A model generated the notes under the pieces. The model did not search any database and was not told the origin of the DNA. It saw only the letters and a list, made by a program, of their open reading frames with translations. Below are positions 39,901 to 51,200 of a DNA stretch of 64,000 nucleotides, in pieces; the first letter of the stretch is position 1, and the number at the start of each line of letters is the position of its first letter. A program made the translations under genes and the position numbers. The stretch covers positions 310,001 through 374,000 of the forward strand of contig NW_026782038.1 of the NCBI RefSeq assembly GCF_031769215.1, in the 5' to 3' direction. The DNA is from Ylistrum balloti. Its lineage: Eukaryota.

Positions 39901-41267
39901 AAGGATGGATGCCGATTGGATCTGATCATGCATGTTGAGTAGGGAAGGTGTCGTTGGAGTGGAGTTGTATCAGTGAGATTGTGTCGTTGAAGTTTGGATG
40001 GTGTCGATAAGGTTGGGTCGTGTCGATGGATTTAGGTTGTGTCGTTGGAGTGAATCGTGTCTTTATAGTGAGACTGTGTCTATTGGGCGGGTTTTGCCTC
40101 GATGGAGTCAGGTTGTATCGGTGGTGTGGGGTTGTGACGTTGTTGTAGGGTTGTGTCGGTGATGTGGGGTTGTGACGTTGTTGTAGGGTTGTGTCGGTGG
40201 TTTGGGGTTGTGATGTTGTTGTAGGGTTGTGTCGGTGGTGTGGGGTTGTGATGTTGTTGTAGGGTTGTGTCGGTGGTGTGGGGTTGTGATGTTGTTGTAG
40301 GGTTGTGTCGGTGGTGTGGGGTTGTGACGTTGTTGTAGGGTTGTGTCGGTGGTGTGGTGTCGTGACGTTGTTGTAGGGTTGTGTCGGTGTAGTGAGGTTG
40401 TGACGTTGTGTAGGGTTTGTGTCGGTGGTGTGGGGTTGTGACGTTGTTGTAGGGTTGTGTCGGTGGTGTGGTGTCGTGACGTTGTTGTAGGGTTGTGTCG
40501 GTGGTGTGGGGTTGTGACGTTGATGTAGGGTTGTGTCGGTGGTGTGGAGATGTGTTTTTGTTTGATCAAGATCAATGGCGGTGTTATCATATGATAGGGC
40601 CACCGAGGGACACATGATAGTGACATCACCTTTGCATGTCATAACCTACATCTCATTCAATGCTGAGCGCTTAGCAGTGCTATTTGAAAGAATTTGGTAG
40701 GTCACGGTTTGGGGACAGAAAACAGTCATTTTCACTCGAAAGGACGCCAACCAACAGGATCGAAAGTGAGATAGGAGAGAATTTTGAAGAAAAGAAATGA
40801 AGAAAACGATCCCAAATTTATTTGGCTCTGATGATCAAGCAATATGGACAGGGGCCATTTTCCGTTTTTAGGCTTTGTTTGGGCGGAAAAACAATTATGA
40901 TGGTGCTCTGATGACTTTGGAATTTCCTTGAGAGTAAAGTTTGTAAATATCATGGGTAGTGTGCCCTTGACGAAGTGGACGAGTGTGTAGTTTGCTTCAT
41001 TAATTTATGCGATCTACCTATGTACATCAATAATCCATATGTGAATGAAAATATTGCACGTTTGTAACACATGTATGTTTGTTGTATAATACTTACCACT
41101 TATTACCCCTGACCTCTGATTGTCACCATCACCACTGGTCAAGATGGACACGGTCAGTATGCATTTCTGATGACCAGTCACATTCACACATTATGTCTAT
41201 ATTAAACATACATTATTTTATCGTCCGGCAGGCGCGGTGTACGACGATCAACTGTCCACAGCAGTAG
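36944..41267 (+). CDS. Gene D: secreted 503-aa protein; signal peptide, R/P/G/F head, long uncharged N/T/G/P region, acidic linker, C-terminal 12-Cys domain
   Basis: join(36944-38226, 38742-38830, 39660-39763, 41232-41267), phases 2, 1 and 0, GT-AG. Signal peptide MMKSMVSLGLCCILFSIITTTYG. Domain CQATGCSADQQCVFAGEYPCAMYLESLECRCQAGCRVMNFFIPEGQSRQVDSCGNVCSCDQTGENKGTARCTTINC, then PQQ*. Confidence 0.93.
40100..40550. repeat. 38-bp G/T-rich minisatellite (about 12 copies) in intron 3 of gene D
   Basis: Unit GTAGGGTTGTGTCGGTGGTGTGGGGTTGTGACGTTGTT, period 38 (40145, 40183). Decayed flank from about 39960. Confidence 0.95.
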
Positions 41268-44200
41268 ATGGACAACTAAAGAAGGACAACAGGGCGTCAG
41301 TCCTACTACCACTCACCCACATCGGTCAAGGCTGGAATCTCTGACCAGTACTGGACAGTGCTACCAAAGGAAACATGACTATTACTGCTAAAAGTGAATA
41401 TCGAGCAATCAAAATTAAGTTTGCTCAACATATTATTCGGAATACTTGAAACGGTATTAACCATATTTAAATTGTGTAAATCAGTTGTTCTTTCATTAAA
41501 ACATTAATTGGCATTAGGTAATGTCTCAGTCTCTCAGAGTAAAAACAACGCCTGGAGTCTTGAGTACCATACTAGTGATTTAAAAAAAAAAGATGTAAGA
41601 AGCCAAAAAACGAAGCATATTATCTCATTTTTCTCTTTTTGTTTGAGTGTGAGAAATATTGTGAAACGGAGAAATGCACATGAAATTGCGTAAGGGGTTA
41701 GGGGGAAGTTCCTGGAGTTGTATGCAAAGTAAGTGATTTTGTCGTCGTATATAATATACCATAATATAGATATATTCACGTTAGATAAATCATTGTTTAG
41801 ACTGTACCTCGCCATATCAGGAAGAATTATGAAAGTGCAAATGAAATGAAAGATATCTTTTCTGAGAAATGAAGAAAAAATGTTTACAAAGTAAATATAA
41901 TTGTTTTTGTTTCTAATTTTGTATCATATTACATTGTCCTATTATATACATACATTATGTCTCATTAAATATTGATAAAATGTTGTACATTGTTGATTTG
42001 TCAATCGTATCTCATCGCATGCTCTAGAAGAGCAATATACGTATAGTGCATTGCGGTACATTCTATAAATATGGTAGAGACTTGCGCAAGCAGTTCGACG
42101 TTTTCTTCTGAAATCTTGCACCGAACTATGAATCATAACTTTAAGCACAAGTATGATAAATAATGTAAACGACTGTTACTACAGGACATCGATATATAAG
42201 CTCGCGACATTTATAACACTGTGGCAGATTACTGAAGGAACCATCGAAAAGGTTAAGATCCCAACCTCAATGGGTTCCGAATAAGACCCGTTTAAGGTTG
42301 CAAAAGAGTTGCGCAACCAATAATGTCTGATTACCCTTTGTAAATGTTTCGGCAGGGAAACAACTCTACATCAAGCATAGTGTCGCATAGGGCAAATTTG
42401 TCCGTGGCATGTGGTAACAGATAGTCACGTACAATTGTTCGGTCGGAAACATTATGGTAGAGGTGTTACGTAGAGGACATAAACTGGCAATGAGGTGAGA
42501 ATAACACACTCAAAGCGTGTCATACTTATAGTTTTACCTGTGCATGATTTATAACTTGTTCGGACACCATGACATCTGATTGACATACATGAGCGTCCTG
42601 TTGTCACTGTCCGTGATACTAGCTATTGTGTAAACCCCCGGCCGATGTTCTTTAGAAAAAGATTACAGAAAACAAATTTAACGACATGCAACTTGTAATC
42701 TTGCAGATACATACGGTTTTTTATGTTCAGACACTGTAAATTCTGTCCACTTAGAGACAATAGATAGGTTGTAACCGGATTAGAACCTTTCTCATTCGAC
42801 TCCTAAAATGTACATAGGACAACCCTATTCAGGCGTCCGACTACTTAGCACAGAATGCTCTCTTTACAACCCATCGTTTTGAATATATATTCTTTGGCAA
42901 TGAGAGATGACGAAGTTTGTACAAAAGACACATAAGTGAAGACTGAAAATCTTACAATAAAAAATAGAGCTATACATCATTATATAGCTGTTGCGTTATT
43001 ATAGGGCTCGTCAGTAATGGCAAGGGCATTTAATTCGGGACCTAGCAGGCCACTTAGGGAAACCAGAATTGATCGAAAGAAATCTAGGCGAGGAGGCACA
43101 CTTATCTCATAGGTCACCATGTATTTTAGCATGTAGCAATTAATTTAATGAAGCGTTTTTAATCTTATCGGCTATTTGTAATGAAGAACGTTTGTACGAA
43201 GATTCATGCAAATATTTAGACAAATAAATAATTCAGAGCAGTTGAAATTTAACAAAGGACAATAACTCTTTAATTTGAAATAGAGGTGTACTAATTTCGA
43301 ACAAGTTCGATGTGATTACATCAAACAAACGAATCAAACGTAATGAAATTTCGAGTATACTAAGTACTGAAGTTATTAAAATGTTAGATATTAGAGCAGA
43401 ATAACCATTGGAAAATCACTGAAAATTCCGCTGAATACTAGTATTAATTGTGTATGTGATGATAATCATGTATGTGAAGTTTCAATCGTCTATAAGCGTA
43501 TCCATAGACTCCTGAACATTGGTTTTAATCAAGTATACTCCTGGTCAATTTTATCTGAGTCGATACGGGTTCGATATAAATGTTAGTTGCCATTAATCTC
43601 CCTTAATCTTCTTTTGTGTTTGATCTGAATTACCAAAGAGCAGGATAACCCAGATTTGTTTATTTAACCATTACAAAGCTCTTGGTCTATCAAAAGTTGA
43701 AAGTTTCTTTTCAGAAAGGGTAATTTGACGTTAACGACATCTTAAAATAGATGATACAACATAAGTTGCTGACCCGTGTATTTCATGACCCACTATTTAT
43801 CTGCGGTCATTTGACTCTGATTTTGTATAGCACTGATAGGACATGGCGATTACAAATTAAAAGTAGAGCACGTGTCCTTTTGGGTTCGAATCTCCAATTT
43901 AAAACTAAATATGATCAATTGTTCAGTCTGTCGTCGAGTTTATCTAAATGGGCTAAATACTAACCATGGCCTTGTTTCTACAGATATACAACATCTATAA
44001 ATATTTTTATGACAACAGTCTGTTCCTTACCGAGACGTCGCTTTCGATGACAAACATTGCACTACGTGCACAATATCGTCGCCATTTTGAGAAGACTTTT
44101 TATTGACTAGTATCCCTGAACAGGAATACGCAAAAATGACTTTTTTTCATTGATTCAATGTCCTACGGGTCTCTTCGATGTCCCTCATGATGGTATATTA

Positions 44201-45472
44201 TAACGCACTCAAGTGGTCAATGTTGTAGTTGATATTATGACTTCAAACTACGCTAAACTTTCACCTATATCATACTCCGCATGTCTTTTTCATATGATTG
44301 AAGGGTGCAGTTAAAAAGTAAAATCTTGGCAATGTCCGTGATTGTTTTCAACTCGACTATTGATCAATAAGTGTCACAGCCAGCTTTAACGAGGTCGCTG
44401 ATCGGAAGTAGGCGACTTATATTGAACAATGGAAATTAAATACACATATTTATCATCCATGACCACACTATGAAAATATTTGTGGATAAAACACAAGTTA
44501 TATTCTAACATTATACCACTTGACTACTAGATTTGAAATGCACCAATATTTGATATTACAAAAAATAAAATGTTAGTACATCTTTTCAAGTTTCAACAAC
44601 ACTGTTTTATTTCAATTTATTGTTTGATGACGGTACTTATAAATCAAGCACTCTTAGCCATTTCTGTTCGTGTCATTTACTTTTTATTTATCTAAAACAG
44701 TGGTTCTAATGCAATGAACAACAACAAAATGAGAACATGAGACTCACTATCTGGCTTACTGGAATTAACCGAATTCTCTCATTCGGTTAAACTCGGCTTA
44801 TTCCGGCACTCTTCAATCCGCCGAGATGTGACGAGTGGTAGGTGAGATAACTGAACGTAATAAAATATTAGGACGGTTATTGGAATCGACAGATAGTTTG
44901 CAATGAATTAAATCTAGAATTTATGAAAATTCAACATTTATCGTTTTATTCACATGATATAAATTTGTAGACATGGTTGTCTGACGCTTCTTTTTTAGGG
45001 ATGTTTGGCGATAATGAACAAATCAGCGCAATGTATGCATGCAAACCACGCCAGCGGCGTTCGTTAGCCTCAGGAGTTATGTCTGAACTTATGTGATTTA
45101 ACAACTCTATCATCTCTAGAAAGGTAATAGCGATATAAATCGGAAGTTATAGTTTGTAAAAAATATTTATCAAGTAAATATTATCTATATGGTTATCCGT
45201 CGAATAATGAACATAAAATGGAAGACATTATCTTTACGCCAAGTTCTAATTAACGATTTGAATGTTAAGATGTCCTTCACCATCACAACTGCCTAAATTC
45301 CTGATGCGATAACATTGTCAAAAATATTACACGCATCTTAGATGTACCACTTTTCAAATACTCTTGCTATCAATAAAATGTCATTACATTTCTGTTCCAA
45401 AGAAGTCTTTCCAGCCAAGATTTTGAGAATTTCTGATTTTTTTTCGGAGCACATACAATGAGAATTTTGTGT

Positions 45473-46300
45473 TTAAATGCTAGTTTGTTTTCCAATCGGC
45501 GATGAAACACAGGTAACACCTCTGTCTTTCGGTTGATCTATTTCGTTAACAATGATGCACGTCTCTAGTGTCGAAACTGTATTTTTTGGCACAATTCCAC
45601 GTCTAGGAACACAAGCGGGAATGTTGTCTTTTTTAATAAAACCTTCATTCTGTTTTAGATTATTTGTATTTCCTTGTTTTGGAAAGTTTGACAAAGCTTC
45701 CCATTTTGCAGAGAATGACAATCCTGAAGACCCCACTGAAGAATTACTGGAATCTAGGAAAATCTCCATTTCAGATTCCTCCGAAGCCTGTCGTCCTATT
45801 TTTGACCTATAATCACTACTTTTCGCTCGGTTACACGAACTTCCGGAAGTGTCTGTTGCACTTGAACCGGAAGAAGATACTTCCCGTGACAGCAATAATT
45901 TTGAAGAACTGTTTGTATGGCAAGAACTCTTTCTATCGTTGAAACTGTGTGAATTGAAACTGTCTCCCATGTCTAATATACGCTTTTTTAGCTTTTCCTG
46001 TCGCTCGACAACAAGACCAGTCGCGAGAAACAGCAATAGCACACCTAATCCTAACGTTACCGGCCCACAGATTATAAAAACGGATCTGTGCGTCCATAGA
46101 ACAGATCCTTCTCCTAACCCCTTGACGACACTCCCAAATGTCATGATGGAGCCACTTACTAATGCCAGAGAAGATAAAACATATATTCTTTTGTATTTCA
46201 CAAGTCTTCGGTCAGTTTTGACGGCGACCTTTCGCCTTTCTCGACTGTCACGCCTCCTCTTGAATTCTTTTTCTTGTGCAACTTCTTCATGATGTTGCAT
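45473..46300 (-). CDS. Gene F: single-exon 275-aa membrane protein with two TM helices and a Ser-rich tail (TMEM200/PIRT-like topology)
   Basis: Basic N-terminus, hydrophobic segments IYVLSSLALVSGSIMTFGSVV and VFIICGPVTLGLGVLLLFLATGLVV, then a polar S-rich C-terminus. A candidate 5'UTR splice acceptor (TTCCTCGTCAG) lies at about 46405. Confidence 0.75.
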   Translation of the reverse strand: MQHHEEVAQEKEFKRRRDSRERRKVAVKTDRRLVKYKRIYVLSSLALVSGSIMTFGSVVKGLGEGSVLWTHRSVFIICGPVTLGLGVLLLFLATGLVVERQEKLKKRILDMGDSFNSHSFNDRKSSCHTNSSSKLLLSREVSSSGSSATDTSGSSCNRAKSSDYRSKIGRQASEESEMEIFLDSSNSSVGSSGLSFSAKWEALSNFPKQGNTNNLKQNEGFIKKDNIPACVPRRGIVPKNTVSTLETCIIVNEIDQPKDRGVTCVSSPIGKQTSI

Positions 46301-47599
46301 TTGCCGAAATCGCTCAACAAGATGTCTAAATTCTTTCTGTTTTCTTTTCCGATTTCTGAAACAGAAATTCCATTTTGTATAAAAAACGAAGTAATACTGA
46401 ACACCTGACGAGGAAGTTGGGTATAAATTTCAATATTTTGAGTTTAACTATACGTTACAATTTTGAATTAGGAATTGGGAAGGAAATCTTGATGATAAAG
46501 AAACCTTGATTGTGCAGCAGTGAGCATTCGATTTAGGGTTTTAGATTTCAGTCCATTATGGGAAAGAACCATCGCCTCAAGAAATACAGACATATCTTTA
46601 TGGCGAAATGGCTTTGTATTAGTTCTACAATTTGTGTCAAACCCCGTTACTGTTGAAAATGCAATGAATATGAAAAAAAAATCCAAAACAAATATCCGGG
46701 TACTTATTTGAAAAAAAGGTTAAAAGATGTAACTTTCGAAGGGAAATAACTCTACATAAACCCACGAGAAAGGTAACAATATACACATACCTGGGAAAAT
46801 AAATGTCTGTTTTGTCATCAATACAATCATTTTTTTTTCATCAAACTTTACTTACTGATAGCTATTACAAGAATCGATTTTTTTTCAGATATTCTACCTT
46901 TGAGACAAAGGTTGTGAACTCACGCACTCCTATATAAAGTGCATCATAAAACTTTGATTGAATTTTGATGTAAATGTAGACTTCGGTTTCTGCATTGTTA
47001 ATCTTATACAAGTAATCCGATCTAGCAGGTTTATCAATGAAGCTGTAATTAGAGACAACACTTTGACACAGGATTTCTTTACAGTTGAAATTACCATGAA
47101 TTATCATTCATTACTGCATTGTCTGGTAAAACAGGACAGACGCCTACACTATCACTGTAATTGACTTTTTATATAGCACAGCTCTGTGTCACATGTTGAA
47201 TTGTCGCTGTACACGTGTACAAAACTTCCTAGACGATTCGGAACTGTCAAATCCATTTGTTAGTATTCGTGAATTTGTGACAAATCACAACGTGCTTCAG
47301 TACGTAAATCAAGTAGCATATGCATTGTTTGTATTGTTTAATCCATGAACATCGAACTCTAACGAAATCTGTAAACACGACTAAATATAGAGTTCCAGTA
47401 ATGTAACAGTATCTCCATCATCCTGATACACGTACTGATATCAATGTATGTCACTACTTTGTGAAGAAGAATTTTATCATAAAGTGGTCGATATTCATAG
47501 TTTACTGTTAAAAAACAAAAACCTTTCAAAAAGTAGTAGTTTATGACATATATCCTCTAACCACGTAAACTTCAAACATTGGAAGTATGATGAAAATAG

Positions 47600-48200
47600 G
47601 GAAGATTACACCACGTGTAGTCAGGATGATTACACCACGTGTAGTCAGGATGATTACACCACGTGTAGACACCAGGAAGATTACACCACGTGTAGTCAGG
47701 ATGATAAAACACCACGTGTAGTCAGGATGATTACACCACGTGCAGTCACCTGGATGATTATACCACGTGTAGACACCGGGATGATTACACCACGTGTAGT
47801 CAGGATGATTACACCACGTGCAGTCACCTGGATGATTATACCACGTGTAGACACCGGGATGATTACACCACGTGTAGACACCAAGATGATTACACCACGT
47901 GTAGTCAGGATGATTACATCACGTGCAGTCACATGGATGATTATACCACGTGTAGTCAGGATGATTACACCACGTGTAGTCAGGATGATTACACCACGTG
48001 TAGACACCGGGATGATTACACCACGTGCAGTCACCTGGATGATTACACCACGTGTAGTTAGGATGATTGCACCATGTAGACACCGGGATGATTACATCAC
48101 GTGTAAACACCTGGTAGATTACACCACGTGTAGACACCGGGATGATTACACCACGTGTAGACACCGGGATGATTACACCACGTGTAGACACCAGGAGTAC
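47600..48200. repeat. 24/27-bp variant minisatellite containing 22 perfect CACGTG E-boxes
   Basis: Core GGATGATTACACCACGTG followed by TAGTCA, TAGACACCG or CAGTCACCT. CACGTG counted 22 times between 47612 and 48184. Confidence 0.95.
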
Positions 48201-51200
48201 TTGATTCTAATTCGATAAATAAAACTGTTGAATAACAACTCCCAAAAATCCTGGAACTCATATTTAATGATGTGCTGGCACCCATTTCAATCTTTGTGAG
48301 ACTGAAAAGCACATTGAACATGAAAATTATTCAAAGCAGCGACCTACATTTTCAACATTTTGATTTCATTTATTTATTTATTTATTTAACAACGCTGTAG
48401 AATTCTTGATTCAAAGATCGATGTTGAACTAAAAACCCTTTAAGAAACATATACAAAGTTACTCTCTGGAGCATTCACTTCTTAATCAAGGAAAACAAGT
48501 GTCCATGCGCAAAACGTGTACATCGACAAAACACATTGTGTTGACGCCTCGAAGCAACATTATCGTGTATTTCATGAGTCATTACGGCATTAGTCACATG
48601 GTATAATCGAAAGAGTAACAACTACTTAATTTTTTTATCAATCTACTTAAATGCCATCAACAAGTCTATAAGCTTATAATCATCTACATATACGTCATCA
48701 AGCTTGTATTTCAAATACCGGAATTGGAGTGTACACGGAAATATAGCGGGTTTTATTGTATAAAGCGTGAATAATTATAATTATATTTTTTAAAATCTTG
48801 AACTGTCTTATGTTATCTATGTTATGCTTTTTGGCTTTCAATAACCTGTTTAATAACACGAAATTTCGACTTTATTTTATGATAATTATAAAAGTGAAAA
48901 AAATAACAAAAGAATTTATTGGCTTAATTAGCACTAATTAACTTTGTGCCAAGATGCGATTCCGCGACTTCTGTGACGTCATACAATGTTTGGAGTCAGT
49001 AATCTAGCTCTGAAATACGTTCGTTAATAAATGATAAATATTCCCTTTAAAGATTACTTTATAAGTATAACATTTAGAACTGGTATTCTGAGAAACTTCA
49101 TGATTAAGATAAAAATAACCACGATGACTTACTCTAATGATATAGTTCCGTGATCTCAGCGACATCTACCGAGTCTTTCGTGTATTTATTTTTTGTATAT
49201 TTTTGTAACGATTTTTATTCAACGTTCAAATACCAATGCTCAAAATAAACTCTCATAAATTCTAAATTGGAGAACTAATCATTTGTGTAAATGACTGAGG
49301 ATTTGATCACGAAGGCTCATTTCAGACACGAATAAATTTGTGTAGTTGGTATGTTTTTCACCGGTTTAACCTGTATGTTTTTTCACCGGTCTCACCTGTC
49401 TGATAAGGTTTCACTGTAGATTTAAATTATAACTAATTGAAAGTTGTGTTTATTGCAAACAGGCTACTATACAACACGACCAAATACTTCAATATCGAGA
49501 AAAACATGATACCAAATTAGAATTTTCAGTAACATGACCGTTCCGATTTATGTTGAAACTTCTTTAGATTTTAAAAGATCTAAGCATCTTTAATAAATAT
49601 CCATTTAATCATCACAGGTGGTTGTCCATTCTGCCCATATAAAAAAAACAGTATAAGTTCAATGATACTCTAAGACCGGATTTATTGATTCACTAAAAGA
49701 CTATGAACCGGATCTGAACATAAAGTAAAACATTTTACTATTTATGTTTTATGTTTCAAAAAATTGTTAGAAATGTTAATGTCAATTTCGATACATTGTT
49801 TCGATAAAACGTCCGTATGCTTTATAAAGGTAAGATGACGAATACCACGTTCTCAAAGAGAGGTCCGGTGTAGCGACAACCATACAACAGGGAACATTCA
49901 CGAACAATACATTGATATTTAGATCATATCGACCAAATGTGTCGAGTTTTCTTCAATATCCATATCAATAAGTTATATCACATGTTTACACCGTAGGAAG
50001 GGAAAACAGGGGTTTCAATTTCAGGAAAAAGAACATTCAAGTGAAGGACAACAATTTAGAAGTCGTTTTTTGTTCATATAAACATTAATCGCTATGAGCA
50101 GCTGATGAGAAAAAGAGAACTTGTATGTAGTGTCCTTTTATATATCATGAAAATATCTATATGTGAACTTGAAGGATGTAAACAACTAATTGTTATGTTC
50201 CTGACAGGCTCTTCGTCTTCATCAACATCTCTCTAAAAATATATATAGCTCTATCAAAACAGGTACAATCTACCAGAAACATATTGGTAGATACTGATTA
50301 TCGACCAGGAATTCAGTCCAATAACGTATTATTGCTCCAAAATTGTTCACAGCAGTGAAAGGCACATTATCAGAAAACAAAGCCATGAGTCGAATCATCT
50401 TATTGTAATGAGGCTCAGCACTGCTGAAAGTACAAATGTCATATAGACTGGTGCGAGAAACAGATGTTAGTAAATATCTCTAAAATTCCTTGTGTGTTCA
50501 TTGTAATAGTCATTCCTCCTCTATATAGTAAGTTCTATCAGTGTAAACACGCTTAATGAACCAGTAAAGTGACTCGGCTGATCAATTAACGAAAAGAACA
50601 ATGTTTCAAATCTGTAACGGAATCTTAACAAGGTCATAGATCTTAAAATGTTTTAAATTGCCCTATCACATCTATTCGTCTATTTATTCATCTACTTGAT
50701 ACATCATGGTTTGTACGCCTTTCAGAACACGATAAAACACAATCGTAAACCAAAAACTCCTTAATTATGGAAAGAAATGAATTATAAAAGTGAGCTTTTT
50801 GTGACGGAATTTAACTTGGTAAAGCATGTCTAATTCGTTCCACACATAACACACTTCCTAAGCAGTAACAATCAAAGTATCGGTATATAACAGAGCGTAG
50901 AGTTTTAAATCACAACTCTTAATAAAGCAGTGAAAGGTCCACGTTCACACTGAACAAAATCCGAACTAGAATTTAAAGGGCTGATACGACTTATCAGAAT
51001 CTGTAGATCTCGATTTCGGCAATGGCTCATAATACAAAGAAGGCGAAAACAAATAACTGCTGTGTTCATATTATTGTCAGAGTTTTGTTTTGTATCCTTC
51101 ATTTCACTTTTAATTAACTTACCTCTGTTGTTTCTTCATAATCAGTGTGAGGACTAAACTGAATGTTGATCAACACCTCATTACTTTATCACAGTTCAGT

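Noticed and set aside
39926-40642. Mucin-like T/P/H-rich ORFs on the minus strand
   Set aside because: They are translations of the 38-bp intronic minisatellite, open in more than one frame, with no signal peptide or splice support.
42770-42870. tRNA-like A/B boxes on the minus strand (GGTTCTAATCC)
   Set aside because: No cloverleaf can be folded. At most it is a decayed SINE head, too weak to annotate.
44765-44790. 10-bp hairpin TTAACCGAAT-N6-ATTCGGTTAA
   Set aside because: It is isolated, with no context linking it to a gene or element, and could be chance or a repeat remnant.
47696-48321. Repetitive ORFs (MITPRVVR..., YTWCNHPG...)
   Set aside because: They are translations of the E-box minisatellite in multiple frames, with frame-breaking units present.
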